DNA of 63,057 nucleotides, taken from Mycobacterium sp. GTDB lineage: Bacteria > Actinomycetota > Actinomycetes > Mycobacteriales > Mycobacteriaceae. How positions within the stretch are numbered: the first letter of the stretch is position 1; each line of letters starts with the position of its first letter. Of the stretch, positions 34,251-44,239 are shown piece after piece. The translations under genes and the position numbers were made by a program. Under the pieces are notes generated by a model. It saw only the letters and a program-made list of their open reading frames with translations, was not told the origin of the DNA and did no database searches. Location: contig NZ_JBAUZA010000273.1 of the NCBI RefSeq assembly GCF_049585075.1, forward strand, positions 1-63,057, in the 5' to 3' direction.

Positions 34251-36483
34251 CGTCTGTAGCCGTGCATGACGGTAGCCGATCTAGCGTCTCGGGATCCTTT
34301 CCGTCGACCTGCAGCCGGCGTCGTCCATCGGCGGCACTGGCTACACCGATCCGCAGTTCGTCGCCGCCGAGACTATCCGGTTCGATCAACAGCTGCAGCT
34401 CTTCGGAATTGATGAACAGAATGGCGTCGTCATTGGAAAGCTTCCAGGGGTGGCCATCGGTAGGCCATCGGCCACCGACGAACCGAACGTCGGGGGCGTC
34501 GCCCTGTTGCTCTTCGTGATCCTCAGCCGTGACGCAATTTACCCATAGTTTCGCCGGCAGCGGTCGGAAGTACACCGCGAGGCGCTGACGGTTGAGATCG
34601 GCGTCGACCGGTATGCCGATCGGAGGCAGCGATGTGCCCTCCGGATGGTCGTTCAGCGATTTCTTGACTTGACGTGATCCGACTCCGGCGCCAAACCAGT
34701 CGATCGTCAGCACGGTGGTGAGGTACTGCGCGATCGCCAGGGTCAGCAGCCCGCCCGCGCCGGCAACCCCTACTCCCGCCGCTCCGGCTGCCGCGGTCAC
34801 CGGCAAGGCAAGCAAACCCACCACCGCCGCGGCACCGGCAGCCGAGGCGACCTTACCCGCCGCCGTCAAGCTGAAGTCCGGATTCACTTCCGGCTCTGGG
34901 GGATTCTGCGTGGGTCGAACACCGACGGTCCGCGGAAGCTCGTCGAACTGATCGCGGACTCGCTTGACTACCGCCTCGTAGTCTTGATCATTGAGTTCAC
35001 CGGCGCGCTTAGCTTCGGCGGCCGCGCTTAGCGTCTGCTCCAAACTTTCGGCGGTGTCCAGATCGGCTGACCGGTTGTCACCTTCCTTTGGGTCACGGGG
35101 GATGTCGTCGAGGCCCATCTCGTAGGTCACTTTGAAGTTGGCCTTGAAGTCGTAGAGTTTCGTTTCAGCGCTTACGGTTCCGTCGACGACCAACCGGCCG
35201 TCCTCGGTTCGCGGCACGATATCGGCGTCGAGGGCGTCGAGACTGCGCTCTTGACCGCCGATGTTGATGGTCTTCGGACCTTCCAGCAGGCACGGGGTAT
35301 CGGCGGCAAAGTCGCTCTCGTCGAGATTGAAGTTGTTCATCACGGTGTCACGAACTTGGCGCAAGATACTCCAACCTGTGACCGCCAATCCCGTTCTCTC
35401 CCGGGGGTTTTCCGCGAGGATCGACGCGGGTAAGTCCTCCCCCGGCGGCAGTGAGCGCAGCGTCTGCAGCTGGACCACCATCGATTCGTGGGTAGCCTCG
35501 CCAATCTCGAAGCGCTGCACAACGGCGTCAAGGTCCTTGATCGTGCTGTCGTCTTGCGATTCGGTATCGACGTCCAGCGGCGACGGCAGCAGATTCACGA
35601 TGCCCTCGACGCCCATTTCGGCTAGCTTTGGTCGGACTGCATCGGCGATCTGGGCGGCCAGCGAGTCGAGCACCCGGACCCTCGCTTCGTCGTCGGAAAC
35701 GGTGGGGTGCTGCAATTTTTCTAGGTTGACCATGAGTTCGCCTGCAATGCAATGGGTAATCCAATATGCCTCGGCATAGTCGAGTTCCCAGCTGATCCGT
35801 GGGTCTTGTCCGGCGAAGACGGTATGGCCTTCGGGACGGCGCTCGATGTGCGGGCCGAACAGTTGCGGGGCGTACTCATCGGCTATCGGGGTGGCGACCA
35901 GGACGGGAGCATCCTGGGCAGTGAAATTCAGAGCGATCGTCTGCTTGCCGGGCTCTGTTTGGTGCGGTTCGAGCTGGTCGTGCAACGTCAACCGACCAAA
36001 CAGCGGAATCACGTTGTAGGGGATCTCGCGCGACTCTCCGGCGCGTGGACCATCGGAGACGGTGATCGTCGCGGGCGGCAATTCCACCAGCGGGATACAC
36101 GTCACCGAATCGATGGTGATCTTCGAATCGAAGATCACCAGGTCGATCGCGAAATGGCGCAGCGGATCGCCGGATTCACCATCGGTCTCCTCCTGCCAGA
36201 GCCGTCCATGCGAATCAAGGACGAACCAGACGCGATCCAGCGTCAGGTCAAGCGTCGCCGTCGCGGAGTAGCCGGTGCCATCGACGGACTCGGTGTACTT
36301 GTCACCGCTGAACACGTCCAGGGTCTGATCCTGAACGCGTTCACGATGGATTTCGATGATCGTGTCGGGACGACGCATGTCAAAACTCCAGTACGTAGGC
36401 GACGCGCAACTGGTGCTGTCGGGTTGACCTGCGGATCCTGTACCCACAACGGCCTGTTTTGAGTCAAGTTGGTCAGAAGACAC
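34231..36483 (-). CDS. Large acidic hypothetical protein with Gly/Ala hydrophobic stretch and DUF3892-like C-terminus
   Basis: 750-aa ORF; C-terminal VGG..WKLS..DAI..I...V.....R.L......LDRLPSC pattern. Confidence 0.7.
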   Translation of the reverse strand: MSSDQLDSKQAVVGTGSAGQPDSTSCASPTYWSFDMRRPDTIIEIHRERVQDQTLDVFSGDKYTESVDGTGYSATATLDLTLDRVWFVLDSHGRLWQEETDGESGDPLRHFAIDLVIFDSKITIDSVTCIPLVELPPATITVSDGPRAGESREIPYNVIPLFGRLTLHDQLEPHQTEPGKQTIALNFTAQDAPVLVATPIADEYAPQLFGPHIERRPEGHTVFAGQDPRISWELDYAEAYWITHCIAGELMVNLEKLQHPTVSDDEARVRVLDSLAAQIADAVRPKLAEMGVEGIVNLLPSPLDVDTESQDDSTIKDLDAVVQRFEIGEATHESMVVQLQTLRSLPPGEDLPASILAENPRERTGLAVTGWSILRQVRDTVMNNFNLDESDFAADTPCLLEGPKTINIGGQERSLDALDADIVPRTEDGRLVVDGTVSAETKLYDFKANFKVTYEMGLDDIPRDPKEGDNRSADLDTAESLEQTLSAAAEAKRAGELNDQDYEAVVKRVRDQFDELPRTVGVRPTQNPPEPEVNPDFSLTAAGKVASAAGAAAVVGLLALPVTAAAGAAGVGVAGAGGLLTLAIAQYLTTVLTIDWFGAGVGSRQVKKSLNDHPEGTSLPPIGIPVDADLNRQRLAVYFRPLPAKLWVNCVTAEDHEEQQGDAPDVRFVGGRWPTDGHPWKLSNDDAILFINSEELQLLIEPDSLGGDELRIGVASAADGRRRLQVDGKDPETLDRLPSCTATDGDNGDG

Positions 36484-36558
36484 CGGCGTTAGACCAGGTC
36501 ACTTCGCTGAACCAATTTCGTACTGCCTGGGATGGCCGCGCCTAGTCTGGGAAGGGGC

Positions 36559-38013
36559 ATGCGTGTGGGGCTGTTTGTGCAGCAGCTGAGTTGGACCGAT
36601 GACCTGATGTTGCGGGCTGAAAGACCAGCGACTCCATTACAGATTCAGCTGCTTCTGATCTACGACCCGTCGACAGCCCCGGCCGGCAAAGTGACCTTCA
36701 AGGGGATTCTGGCCGAGCTCGAAGCCCGGCTGCACCTCGCGGATGTCTTTCGCCGACGGCTGACCGATCTGCCGGGTGGGTTGCATAGGCCCTACTGGGT
36801 TGATGACCCGAGCTTCGATCTCGAATATCACGTCCGTCATATCGGGCTGCCCCAGCCTGGTGACTGGCGCCAACTCTGCATTCAGGTTGCGCGGCTTCAT
36901 GCTCGGCAGATCGATCTGCGACGTCCGCCGTGGGAGATCACGGTCATCGAGGGACTCAATGCCGTGCCAGGAGTACCGGCGGGTTCGTTCGCGATGGCCT
37001 TGAAGCTGCATCACTGTGCGGTTGACGGGATGGCAACCGTTCAGGTGATCGCCGCGTTGCACGACCTTGCCGCTGACAGCCCCCGGCCCGCCGGGCCCGA
37101 CGGCCCCTGGCAACCTGGCCCTCTCCCCTCGACTCGAGACTTGCTCGCGCGAACGGCGATCAACGCGACGCTGCACCCGCTGCGGGCGAGCAGGGTGCTC
37201 GCGTCGACTGCACCAAAACTGGTCCGCGGCCTAGCCCGACTCCCCGTCAAACTGGCTGGCGGCGCTGTATCCACGATCGCGAGCGGCAACGTGCCGTCGT
37301 TGCCACCGAAGACACGTTTCAACCAGACAGCGTCGGCGCACCGGGTATTCGAGGCCCGCTTCCACGAGCTCGCCGATTTCAAACGGATCAAGGCAAGCAT
37401 TGACGGCGCGACAATCAACGATGTGGCGCTCGCGTACGTCGGGGGCGCCCTTCGCGAGTATCTGGCCGGCCACGGCGAGCTTCCCGACGAGTCCCTTGTC
37501 GCGGCATGTCCGATGTCACTGCGCGACGCGGGTGATAAGACCCGCCAGGGGAACGCGTTGTTCGGCCGGCTGCAGGCGCTTGGTACCGACATCGCCGATC
37601 CGCTCGAACGACTTGCGGCTATCGCGAAGGGGACTGCCGCAAGCCGTTCTGGGTCGGATCAGTCGACCACGACCCAACTCCTCGAATTGATTGGCACAGT
37701 GCCGACTTCATTACTCGGGGTGACGGCGAAGGCCGCGAGTGTGCTTCCGTTCTCCGGCCCGACGGTCGCCAACACCACCGTGACCAACGTGCCCGGTCCA
37801 ACCGAACCGCTCTTCTTCAGCGGTGCCCGGCTGGTGCGCGCCGCCGGTCTCGGACCGCTGGTGGGTGGCTTGAACCTCATCCACGTCGTGGCGAGTTACA
37901 ACGGAACTTTGTCAATCAGCGCCACGGCGGATCGCGACGCGCTGCCCGACCCGGCGACCTACGCCGAATGCATGGACCACGCTTTTCGGGAGTTGCTCGC
38001 AGCTGTGGAGTGA
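36559..38013 (+). CDS. WS/DGAT triacylglycerol synthase
   Basis: WVDDPSFDLEYHV, HHCAVDG, TNVPGP. Confidence 0.93.
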   Translation: MRVGLFVQQLSWTDDLMLRAERPATPLQIQLLLIYDPSTAPAGKVTFKGILAELEARLHLADVFRRRLTDLPGGLHRPYWVDDPSFDLEYHVRHIGLPQPGDWRQLCIQVARLHARQIDLRRPPWEITVIEGLNAVPGVPAGSFAMALKLHHCAVDGMATVQVIAALHDLAADSPRPAGPDGPWQPGPLPSTRDLLARTAINATLHPLRASRVLASTAPKLVRGLARLPVKLAGGAVSTIASGNVPSLPPKTRFNQTASAHRVFEARFHELADFKRIKASIDGATINDVALAYVGGALREYLAGHGELPDESLVAACPMSLRDAGDKTRQGNALFGRLQALGTDIADPLERLAAIAKGTAASRSGSDQSTTTQLLELIGTVPTSLLGVTAKAASVLPFSGPTVANTTVTNVPGPTEPLFFSGARLVRAAGLGPLVGGLNLIHVVASYNGTLSISATADRDALPDPATYAECMDHAFRELLAAVE

Positions 38014-38022
38014 GCTGCTACA

Positions 38023-38448
38023 TCAGAGCGGTTCGCCGATGTCGGGAAGTAAGGCAATGTCCTCTGGCTGACCGTATTTGCGGAACATTGCCGCAGTGTC
38101 CCGGACATTTCTCTTTGCCCAATCAGGGTTGAAGTGGCTCAGCACCTGGTACTCGCATTTGAAGCGTTCTGCTCGGTCCCCGACACCGTCGGCTACTTGA
38201 CTAGAGACAACGCCTTGGCAGTACCAGTAAAGGACGTCGTCGAGGCTGCCCGCCCGATCGAAGCCAAGTTTTCCTCGCTCGAAGAAAGTGAAGTGATATG
38301 AGCTGTCGCCGGCGACGTAAATATTGAGGCCTTCTTTGATTCGGAGTCCCACCTGCATTGAAGGGACGCCCAGCTGCTCTGACAGTCGGTTGATCTCCGA
38401 TTGGAGTTCATTATTTTTGTCGTCCAAGCGCCGGTTCGTATTAGTCAT
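38023..38448 (-). CDS. Imm63-like immunity protein
   Basis: YHFTFFERG...LDDVLYW...R.F..E..L..FNPDWA pattern. Confidence 0.65.
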   Translation of the reverse strand: MTNTNRRLDDKNNELQSEINRLSEQLGVPSMQVGLRIKEGLNIYVAGDSSYHFTFFERGKLGFDRAGSLDDVLYWYCQGVVSSQVADGVGDRAERFKCEYQVLSHFNPDWAKRNVRDTAAMFRKYGQPEDIALLPDIGEPL

Positions 38449-38473
38449 GTGTGCCCCTGCCCACCGCGAAGAT

Positions 38474-38860
38474 TCACTCGCTGGAAAATAGAGCGGCATG
38501 GGCTGCCCCGAAATGTACCTCGAACAGCGCCTTGAGCCAACGCATTACGGTGTCGTCATCGGCGTCTAGTCCAGGTGTCGCTATGTCATCATGTACATCA
38601 CTGAGCTTTAGCATGAATTGCCATTTCTTCGATGGGTTCAGCAATCCGAATTCATAAGGTGCATCGAGTGGCGCGAGCATAAAGTCAATCCCACCGTCCC
38701 GGGCCGACCAACAAACTTGAAGTTTGCAGCCCTGGCCGCGGTAGTAGATCGCCCAAGCCGGACGGTCACCATAGATCGCCGCATCTTCTACTTTGTCAAG
38801 CGAGAAACTGGCATGCCTCAATGTTGGCTCCAGAAACCGAACCAGGTCAGCTGGTTTCAT
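38474..38860 (-). CDS. Putative cognate immunity protein
   Basis: 128-aa ORF whose ATG overlaps the toxin stop (ATGA); visibly AT-richer than its flanks. Confidence 0.6.
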   Translation of the reverse strand: MKPADLVRFLEPTLRHASFSLDKVEDAAIYGDRPAWAIYYRGQGCKLQVCWSARDGGIDFMLAPLDAPYEFGLLNPSKKWQFMLKLSDVHDDIATPGLDADDDTVMRWLKALFEVHFGAAHAALFSSE

Positions 38861-40737
38861 GGCGAATGGACTCCTTCGCGCACCCACACATTCCCATGCT
38901 GCACGTACCCGTATGCTTCAGCGTTCTCTTTCAAGAAGTTGATCTCAAGGGCTGAGAATGATCTCCTCTGCACTTCTGCTAACTGTTCGACGCTATCGAA
39001 TCCTTCGGGCAGAACGTATTCAATGCGGGGCACGCCATCCTCCATCTGACCTCGGAGGAACTGTTCGTTCACTTGCCAAGCCAAGCCTCGCGCTTGTGTG
39101 TCACTGAGCCCTTGGGTGAAGGCATCCCAGACTGGATTGCTGGTGTCATAGTAAATGCCGCTCTGGCCTCTGGCTTCACCGATGTAGCCATCTTCCTGGC
39201 CCAGGAACTTACCCAAGACGACTCGGTCTGGATTGTCACCGATGTAGTGGGTCGACATGTCAGCCAGTTGCTGGCTGAGTCCCGCGGTGGGTCCGCCGTG
39301 CAGCTGCGCGTAGTTGAGATCAAACGCCGCCTGATCTGCCCACGGGTGGTAAGTGACGGCGTGATCGAAGCCGGTCGCTGCATACTGCGAAACCGCCGGG
39401 CCGGTGTCGAGTGCGCCAACTTCGCCGAGCCCTGCTTCGACTGCCGCTCCTTCGCCACCGAAAAGCATTGAGGGCAAGGTAATCGCGCCATCGGCGCCTT
39501 TCTCGCCTGCATAGTAGGCAGCACTCGGTGAATCCAAGAAGTTTTGGAACTCGTGCGTGAGGTCATTGATCCCCGAGACGACTGGGCCTTGGGTTGCGAA
39601 TTCCCCAGCTTTTTGGGCCAGGCCCTTGGCCATCCCGCCCCAGGACTCGCCGAGTGCGCTAAGTCCCTCTTGCCCGGTGAGGTCCTTGATGCTCTGCTCC
39701 GCCGCAAACCACCGGTCAGCGAATCCCTCCCCGAATCCCGGCGGCGGCGAATGCGCTGGCGCGGGGGGACTAGCGTTGGGCACGCCGTCGTTCAGCCACG
39801 TCTGGGCACCCGCGACAGCCGAATCCAGCCGGGCCTCAATCTGATCCGGCGGTATTCCATTGCGGGCCATGATCGGACGAAGCATCGCCTTGAAGCTCTC
39901 GACATCTGAGGGTTTGAGCTGCGGCGGCGGTGCGCCGGGAGCAACGGGTTGTCGAAGCCTGCTCAGCATGTCCGGCAAGCTACCGGGCAGCGGTTGCTGG
40001 TCGGCAGGCTGACCCCCTCCGGTCAACATGTCTTGCAGCGACCGCGGCTTGTACCCGGGGACTCCGGCCCCGGTTGGCATCAACATGTCTTCCAGCGACC
40101 GCGGCATGCGCGCGGGATCATCTCCCCCTGTGCCGGTAGGCAGCAGCATGTCTTGCAGCGCCTGCGGCGTGACAGAAGCAGGCTTCGGCGGGCCTTGCGC
40201 CGGTGGGGCCCCACCGGGCGGATTCCCGCCGGTATCCAGCGGGACATCACCGACCGCGCCGCGGATGGCGGTGGCAAGCTCGTGATCGGCAGCATGGGCA
40301 TGCGCCTTGCACGTGTCAAGCTGGGCCTGCAACACCTGCTGCTCGGCGGCGAAACTGATGGGATCAAGCCCAATCCCCGTGTTGCCCACGTCGATTCGCC
40401 AGTCCGGCGTAATGGTCCAGCCGTAGCTATCAGCGGCCCGCTCGATGTCCTCGAGTTCGGCCTTGCACGCGCGCACGTCCGCCTCGGCGCGCGACACCGC
40501 CGCCGCCACCTGCCGAGATTCCGCGCTGTCGGCCTCGATGTCGCAACGAGCCTTGCCCAAGTCAACGCGAAAAGCGTCGCCTGCTTCCCCTTGCCAGTCG
40601 GCGAGAACGCTGTGAACCTGGTTCAGGTTCTCCCCCAGCCGCTGCAAGGTTGCCGCGCGCCCGCTGGCCGTCTGAAACACTGCGTGGATCGCGTTGACGT
40701 CCCAGCGTTTGACGTCAGAAGGAGTCAGCGCGCCCAC
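38857..40737 (-). CDS. ESX/type VII polymorphic toxin (WXG100-like N-terminus, unassigned C-terminal domain)
   Basis: Helical N-terminus with WQG, Pro-rich linker, distinct C-terminal domain, GGAGG RBS. Confidence 0.75.
   Translation of the reverse strand: MGALTPSDVKRWDVNAIHAVFQTASGRAATLQRLGENLNQVHSVLADWQGEAGDAFRVDLGKARCDIEADSAESRQVAAAVSRAEADVRACKAELEDIERAADSYGWTITPDWRIDVGNTGIGLDPISFAAEQQVLQAQLDTCKAHAHAADHELATAIRGAVGDVPLDTGGNPPGGAPPAQGPPKPASVTPQALQDMLLPTGTGGDDPARMPRSLEDMLMPTGAGVPGYKPRSLQDMLTGGGQPADQQPLPGSLPDMLSRLRQPVAPGAPPPQLKPSDVESFKAMLRPIMARNGIPPDQIEARLDSAVAGAQTWLNDGVPNASPPAPAHSPPPGFGEGFADRWFAAEQSIKDLTGQEGLSALGESWGGMAKGLAQKAGEFATQGPVVSGINDLTHEFQNFLDSPSAAYYAGEKGADGAITLPSMLFGGEGAAVEAGLGEVGALDTGPAVSQYAATGFDHAVTYHPWADQAAFDLNYAQLHGGPTAGLSQQLADMSTHYIGDNPDRVVLGKFLGQEDGYIGEARGQSGIYYDTSNPVWDAFTQGLSDTQARGLAWQVNEQFLRGQMEDGVPRIEYVLPEGFDSVEQLAEVQRRSFSALEINFLKENAEAYGYVQHGNVWVREGVHSP
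39964..40165 (-). repeat. Four ~20-aa intragenic repeats (P.SL.DML)
   Basis: CA(A/G)CATGTC units at 39964, 40024, 40081 and 40144. Confidence 0.8.
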
Positions 40738-40749
40738 CCGCTACGCCTC

Positions 40750-41052
40750 CTACGCCTGCAGAGACCTGACAGCCTCGGCCGATCCGTCGTCGGTGGCGAC
40801 ATACCGGACCATCGCATCGGCCACATGCGACCCCAACCCGCCCACCTGCAACTTGTGGTGGTTGTGCCGGACTTCCCACCGCGCCGCCAGCTCGCCCAAC
40901 GCCTGCTGCGACGACCCAATCCAGCCCGGCGCCGCGCCCGACAGCCCATCCTCGTGGCCGACGAACTCCAAAGCAGCCTCACCGACCGCGTTTAACATCT
41001 GGTTGCTGCCGAGATGCAGCGCAACGGGATCGAGATCCAACTTGTCGGCCAC
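40750..41052 (-). CDS. WXG100 family ESX secretion target
   Basis: 100 aa, central WIG, C-terminal YVATD (YxxxD/E) signal. Confidence 0.88.
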   Translation of the reverse strand: MADKLDLDPVALHLGSNQMLNAVGEAALEFVGHEDGLSGAAPGWIGSSQQALGELAARWEVRHNHHKLQVGGLGSHVADAMVRYVATDDGSAEAVRSLQA

Positions 41053-41174
41053 GATGACCCCTTCCCCGACGGCATTGCGCGGTGAAGCATAACGCCTGCG
41101 GCGTGGTCGCGCCCCTCACCTTTTGAGCGGTCAATCGCTGAACCGACGAGCTCGCCCGTCCGTATGGTGAGGCC

Positions 41175-41927
41175 ATGGATGTGCCTGGGCGCGATCGACC
41201 CGATCTACGCCCGGATTCCGTCAACCGCCGTCAGCTGCTAGCGCTGGCAGGGAGCGTCGGCTTGGCATCAATGGTCAGCGCCTGCTCGAGCTCGACGGCA
41301 CCTCCGCCGGCGACGACGAGTGCCCGCCTGACGACTACCAGTTCGTCACAGTTGTTATGCCGGGACGCTTGGGGCGCACGACCGGCCCGGTCCGGCGGGA
41401 AGCGCCACACCATCACCCGGATGACGCTCCACCACGAGGCCGTCGTCCTCGGCGACAACCGCAATGCCCCAGGGCATTTGCGCCAGGATCAGCGGTACCA
41501 CCAAGACCAACACGGATGGATCGACATCGCGTATCACGTCGGCGTCGACCGCAATGGCAACATCTACGAACTGCGCAGCACCGAGATCGCCGGCGACACT
41601 GCGACGGATTACGACACCACAGGCCATTTCCTGGTCCTCTGCGAAGGAGACTTCGACCAAGAGGCGGTGTCGGCGGCCCAGCTTCACGGGGCCGCTGCCG
41701 CGTTTGCATGGGCCGCGCAGAACTTTCGCGTCGCGACTAACACCTTGGCGGGCCATCGGGACCTAGCCCAGACATCTTGCCCGGGTGCGAACCTCTATGC
41801 CCATCTCACCTCAGGTGATCTCAAGCGCCGCATTGACGATCTGCTAACCGCGGGCCGGGTTGACCTCCAGCGCTTTTGCGGACCCGAGGCTTCGGCAAGA
41901 GTCGCGGCGATCGAGGCGGGCAATTGA
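41175..41927 (+). CDS. PGRP-like N-acetylmuramoyl-L-alanine amidase, Tat lipoprotein
   Basis: NRRQLL Tat motif, VSAC lipobox, LHHE, WIDIAYH, GHRD..QTSCPG. Confidence 0.85.
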   Translation: MDVPGRDRPDLRPDSVNRRQLLALAGSVGLASMVSACSSSTAPPPATTSARLTTTSSSQLLCRDAWGARPARSGGKRHTITRMTLHHEAVVLGDNRNAPGHLRQDQRYHQDQHGWIDIAYHVGVDRNGNIYELRSTEIAGDTATDYDTTGHFLVLCEGDFDQEAVSAAQLHGAAAAFAWAAQNFRVATNTLAGHRDLAQTSCPGANLYAHLTSGDLKRRIDDLLTAGRVDLQRFCGPEASARVAAIEAGN

Positions 41928-42044
41928 GTACGTCGAACCCAGGAGCGCCAATATGACAACCGTTAACACCCGCGACTATCTGTTGTTTCAAGCCAGGCCG
42001 ATCGATGGCATGCCAATCATGTTGCGCCCGTTGGGCTAAAGGAC

Positions 42045-43187
42045 ATGCTCACATCGCCTGCCGCGCTCACCGCTCCGGAGCTGGAATTGCGGGAGCAGGT
42101 TCGCGCGTTCCTTGCCGAGACGCTGCCCTGGGGGACGTTCGACCCCGGCATGGGGATGGGCGCCGAGGTCGACCCAAAGTTCTCCGCCGCGTTGGCTGAG
42201 CGTGGCTGGATCGGCATGGCGGTCCCCGTGCGCTACGGCGGTCGCGACGCCACCGCCGCCGACCGCTTTGTCGTCGTGGAAGAGCTGCTGCGCTGGGGCG
42301 CCCCGGTCGGGCATCACTGGGTGGCCGACCGGCAGATCGCCCCGGTGCTAGTGCGTTATGGCACCGAGGAACAGAAGCAGTGGCTATTGCCTCGAATCTG
42401 CCGGGGCGAGTTGTGTTTTTGCATCGGCATGAGCGAGCCCGACGCCGGAAGCGACCTCGCCTCAGTGCGGACGCGTGGCGTGCGCGACGGTGACGGCTGG
42501 CGGGTGTCGGGGGTGAAGGTATGGACGAGTAATGCCATGCGTGCCGATTTCATGATCGCGCTGTGCCGCACCGGGGAAGGCGAACGCCATTCAGGGCTGA
42601 GCCGATTCTTGATCGATATGCGCAGTCCTGGCGTGACGGTCAGGCCAATTCCCTTCCTCAACGGAAGTACCGACCACTTCGCCGAGGTGCTTCTTGACGG
42701 CGTGCTGGTGCCCGACGAGATGGTGATCGGCGAAATCGGGCAGGGTTGGGCGCAGAACGCCAACGAGTTGGCCTTTGAACGCAGCGGCCCAGACCGGTGG
42801 ATCTCGACATTCCTACTCGTTCAAGAGTTCATCCGCGAGTGGCCACACCTGGCCGCGGGCCCCGCCGGGACTCGGCTGATCGGCGAACTCGCAGCCCAAT
42901 TCTGGGTGCTGCGTAGGCTTTCGCTGGCCGTGGCCAGGGCGATCGACGCGGGCGGCACGCCTGCGGCCGAAGCCGCGCTCATCAAGGAGATGGGCACCCG
43001 GTTCGAACAAGATGTCGTGACCGCGCTGCGGGACTTGTTGGACCGTGAGCTCGTCTGCGGCCTGGAACCGGCGCCATCATTGTTCGAACGGTTGTTGCGC
43101 CGCGCTGTCCTGGAGGCGCCCTCATTTACCATCCGAGGCGGCACCAATGAGGTGCTGCGCTCGGTCGCCGTCAAAGGCTTGTCATGA
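42045..43187 (+). CDS. Acyl-CoA dehydrogenase
   Basis: GMSEPDAGSDLA, GVKVWTS, IRGGTNEV. Confidence 0.92.
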   Translation: MLTSPAALTAPELELREQVRAFLAETLPWGTFDPGMGMGAEVDPKFSAALAERGWIGMAVPVRYGGRDATAADRFVVVEELLRWGAPVGHHWVADRQIAPVLVRYGTEEQKQWLLPRICRGELCFCIGMSEPDAGSDLASVRTRGVRDGDGWRVSGVKVWTSNAMRADFMIALCRTGEGERHSGLSRFLIDMRSPGVTVRPIPFLNGSTDHFAEVLLDGVLVPDEMVIGEIGQGWAQNANELAFERSGPDRWISTFLLVQEFIREWPHLAAGPAGTRLIGELAAQFWVLRRLSLAVARAIDAGGTPAAEAALIKEMGTRFEQDVVTALRDLLDRELVCGLEPAPSLFERLLRRAVLEAPSFTIRGGTNEVLRSVAVKGLS

Positions 43188-44239
43188 GTGGCGACGAACT
43201 GCATAACGCGGCTGCCAAACTCTTTGCCGCCCACAGTCGGTGGGAGGATGTCGGTGAAGCCGAAGCTACCGGCTGGGCGCCAAAACTATGGAACGCCTTG
43301 CAGCAGAGCGGATTCAGTGACGTTCCCGTCCCGGAGGCGCTGGGCGGAGCCGGTGGCAGCGTTGCCGATGCGGTCCAGCTACTTCGTGCCGCGGGAGCGC
43401 ACGCAGCACCGGTCCCCCTAGCCGAGGCCGGACTGGTCGGCGGGTGGCTATTGGCGTCTGCAGGGCTCGCGCTGCCGGAAGGGGTTCGTACGTTACTGCC
43501 GCCGGCTACGACGCTGCATCTCGAGGGCGACCGCCTGTTCGGTACGGCGCCTGCCGTGGCATGGGGCCACCGCGCTGAGCATCTCATCGGGCTCGTCGAC
43601 GGCGTCGTCGTGCTCGCGCCCGGCCCGGCCGCACCGTCGGGCGGTCCGGCGGTCAGCCGCGGAGCCAACTTCGCCGATGAGCCCCGTGACACAGTGGTTT
43701 TCGACGGTGTGCCGGCAACTGCGCGCGCCGACGCGCCGGCCGGGGTCACCGAACAAACACTCTGGGAGCGCACCGCGCTGGGGCGCGCCGCGTTGATGGC
43801 CGGTGCGATTAGTGCCGTTGCGGCAATGACATTGCGCTACAGCGGCGAACGTGAGCAGTTCGGCCGCCCTATCAATCGTTTCCAGGCCGTGCAAGCTCAC
43901 TTGGTCACCATCCACCAGCAGGCCGCCGTCGTCGCATCGGCTGTCGACGGTGCGGTCGAAGCAGTCGAGCCCGGCCGGGGTAGCTTCGAAATAGCTTGCG
44001 CCAAACTGCTTGCAGACCGGGCCGCGCAGCTGGTGACAGCGGCCGCACATCAGACGTACGGCGCTATCGGTATGACGAAGGAGTACCCGTTGCATTATCT
44101 GACCCGTCGGCTCTGGGCCTGGCGAGACGAAGCCGGAGGGCATCATCGTTGGGCGGACCGGCTTGGCGCGGCCCTGGTCGCCGGCGGTCCCGATGCCCTG
44201 TACCCCGCCATCCAGTCCGGCTCCGAGGTGATGCTGTGA
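43184..44239 (+). CDS. Acyl-CoA dehydrogenase (probable partner subunit of a heteromer)
   Basis: REQFGRPINRFQAV, HQTYGAIGMTKEY; short, with ATGA overlap. Confidence 0.85.
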   Translation: MSGDELHNAAAKLFAAHSRWEDVGEAEATGWAPKLWNALQQSGFSDVPVPEALGGAGGSVADAVQLLRAAGAHAAPVPLAEAGLVGGWLLASAGLALPEGVRTLLPPATTLHLEGDRLFGTAPAVAWGHRAEHLIGLVDGVVVLAPGPAAPSGGPAVSRGANFADEPRDTVVFDGVPATARADAPAGVTEQTLWERTALGRAALMAGAISAVAAMTLRYSGEREQFGRPINRFQAVQAHLVTIHQQAAVVASAVDGAVEAVEPGRGSFEIACAKLLADRAAQLVTAAAHQTYGAIGMTKEYPLHYLTRRLWAWRDEAGGHHRWADRLGAALVAGGPDALYPAIQSGSEVML

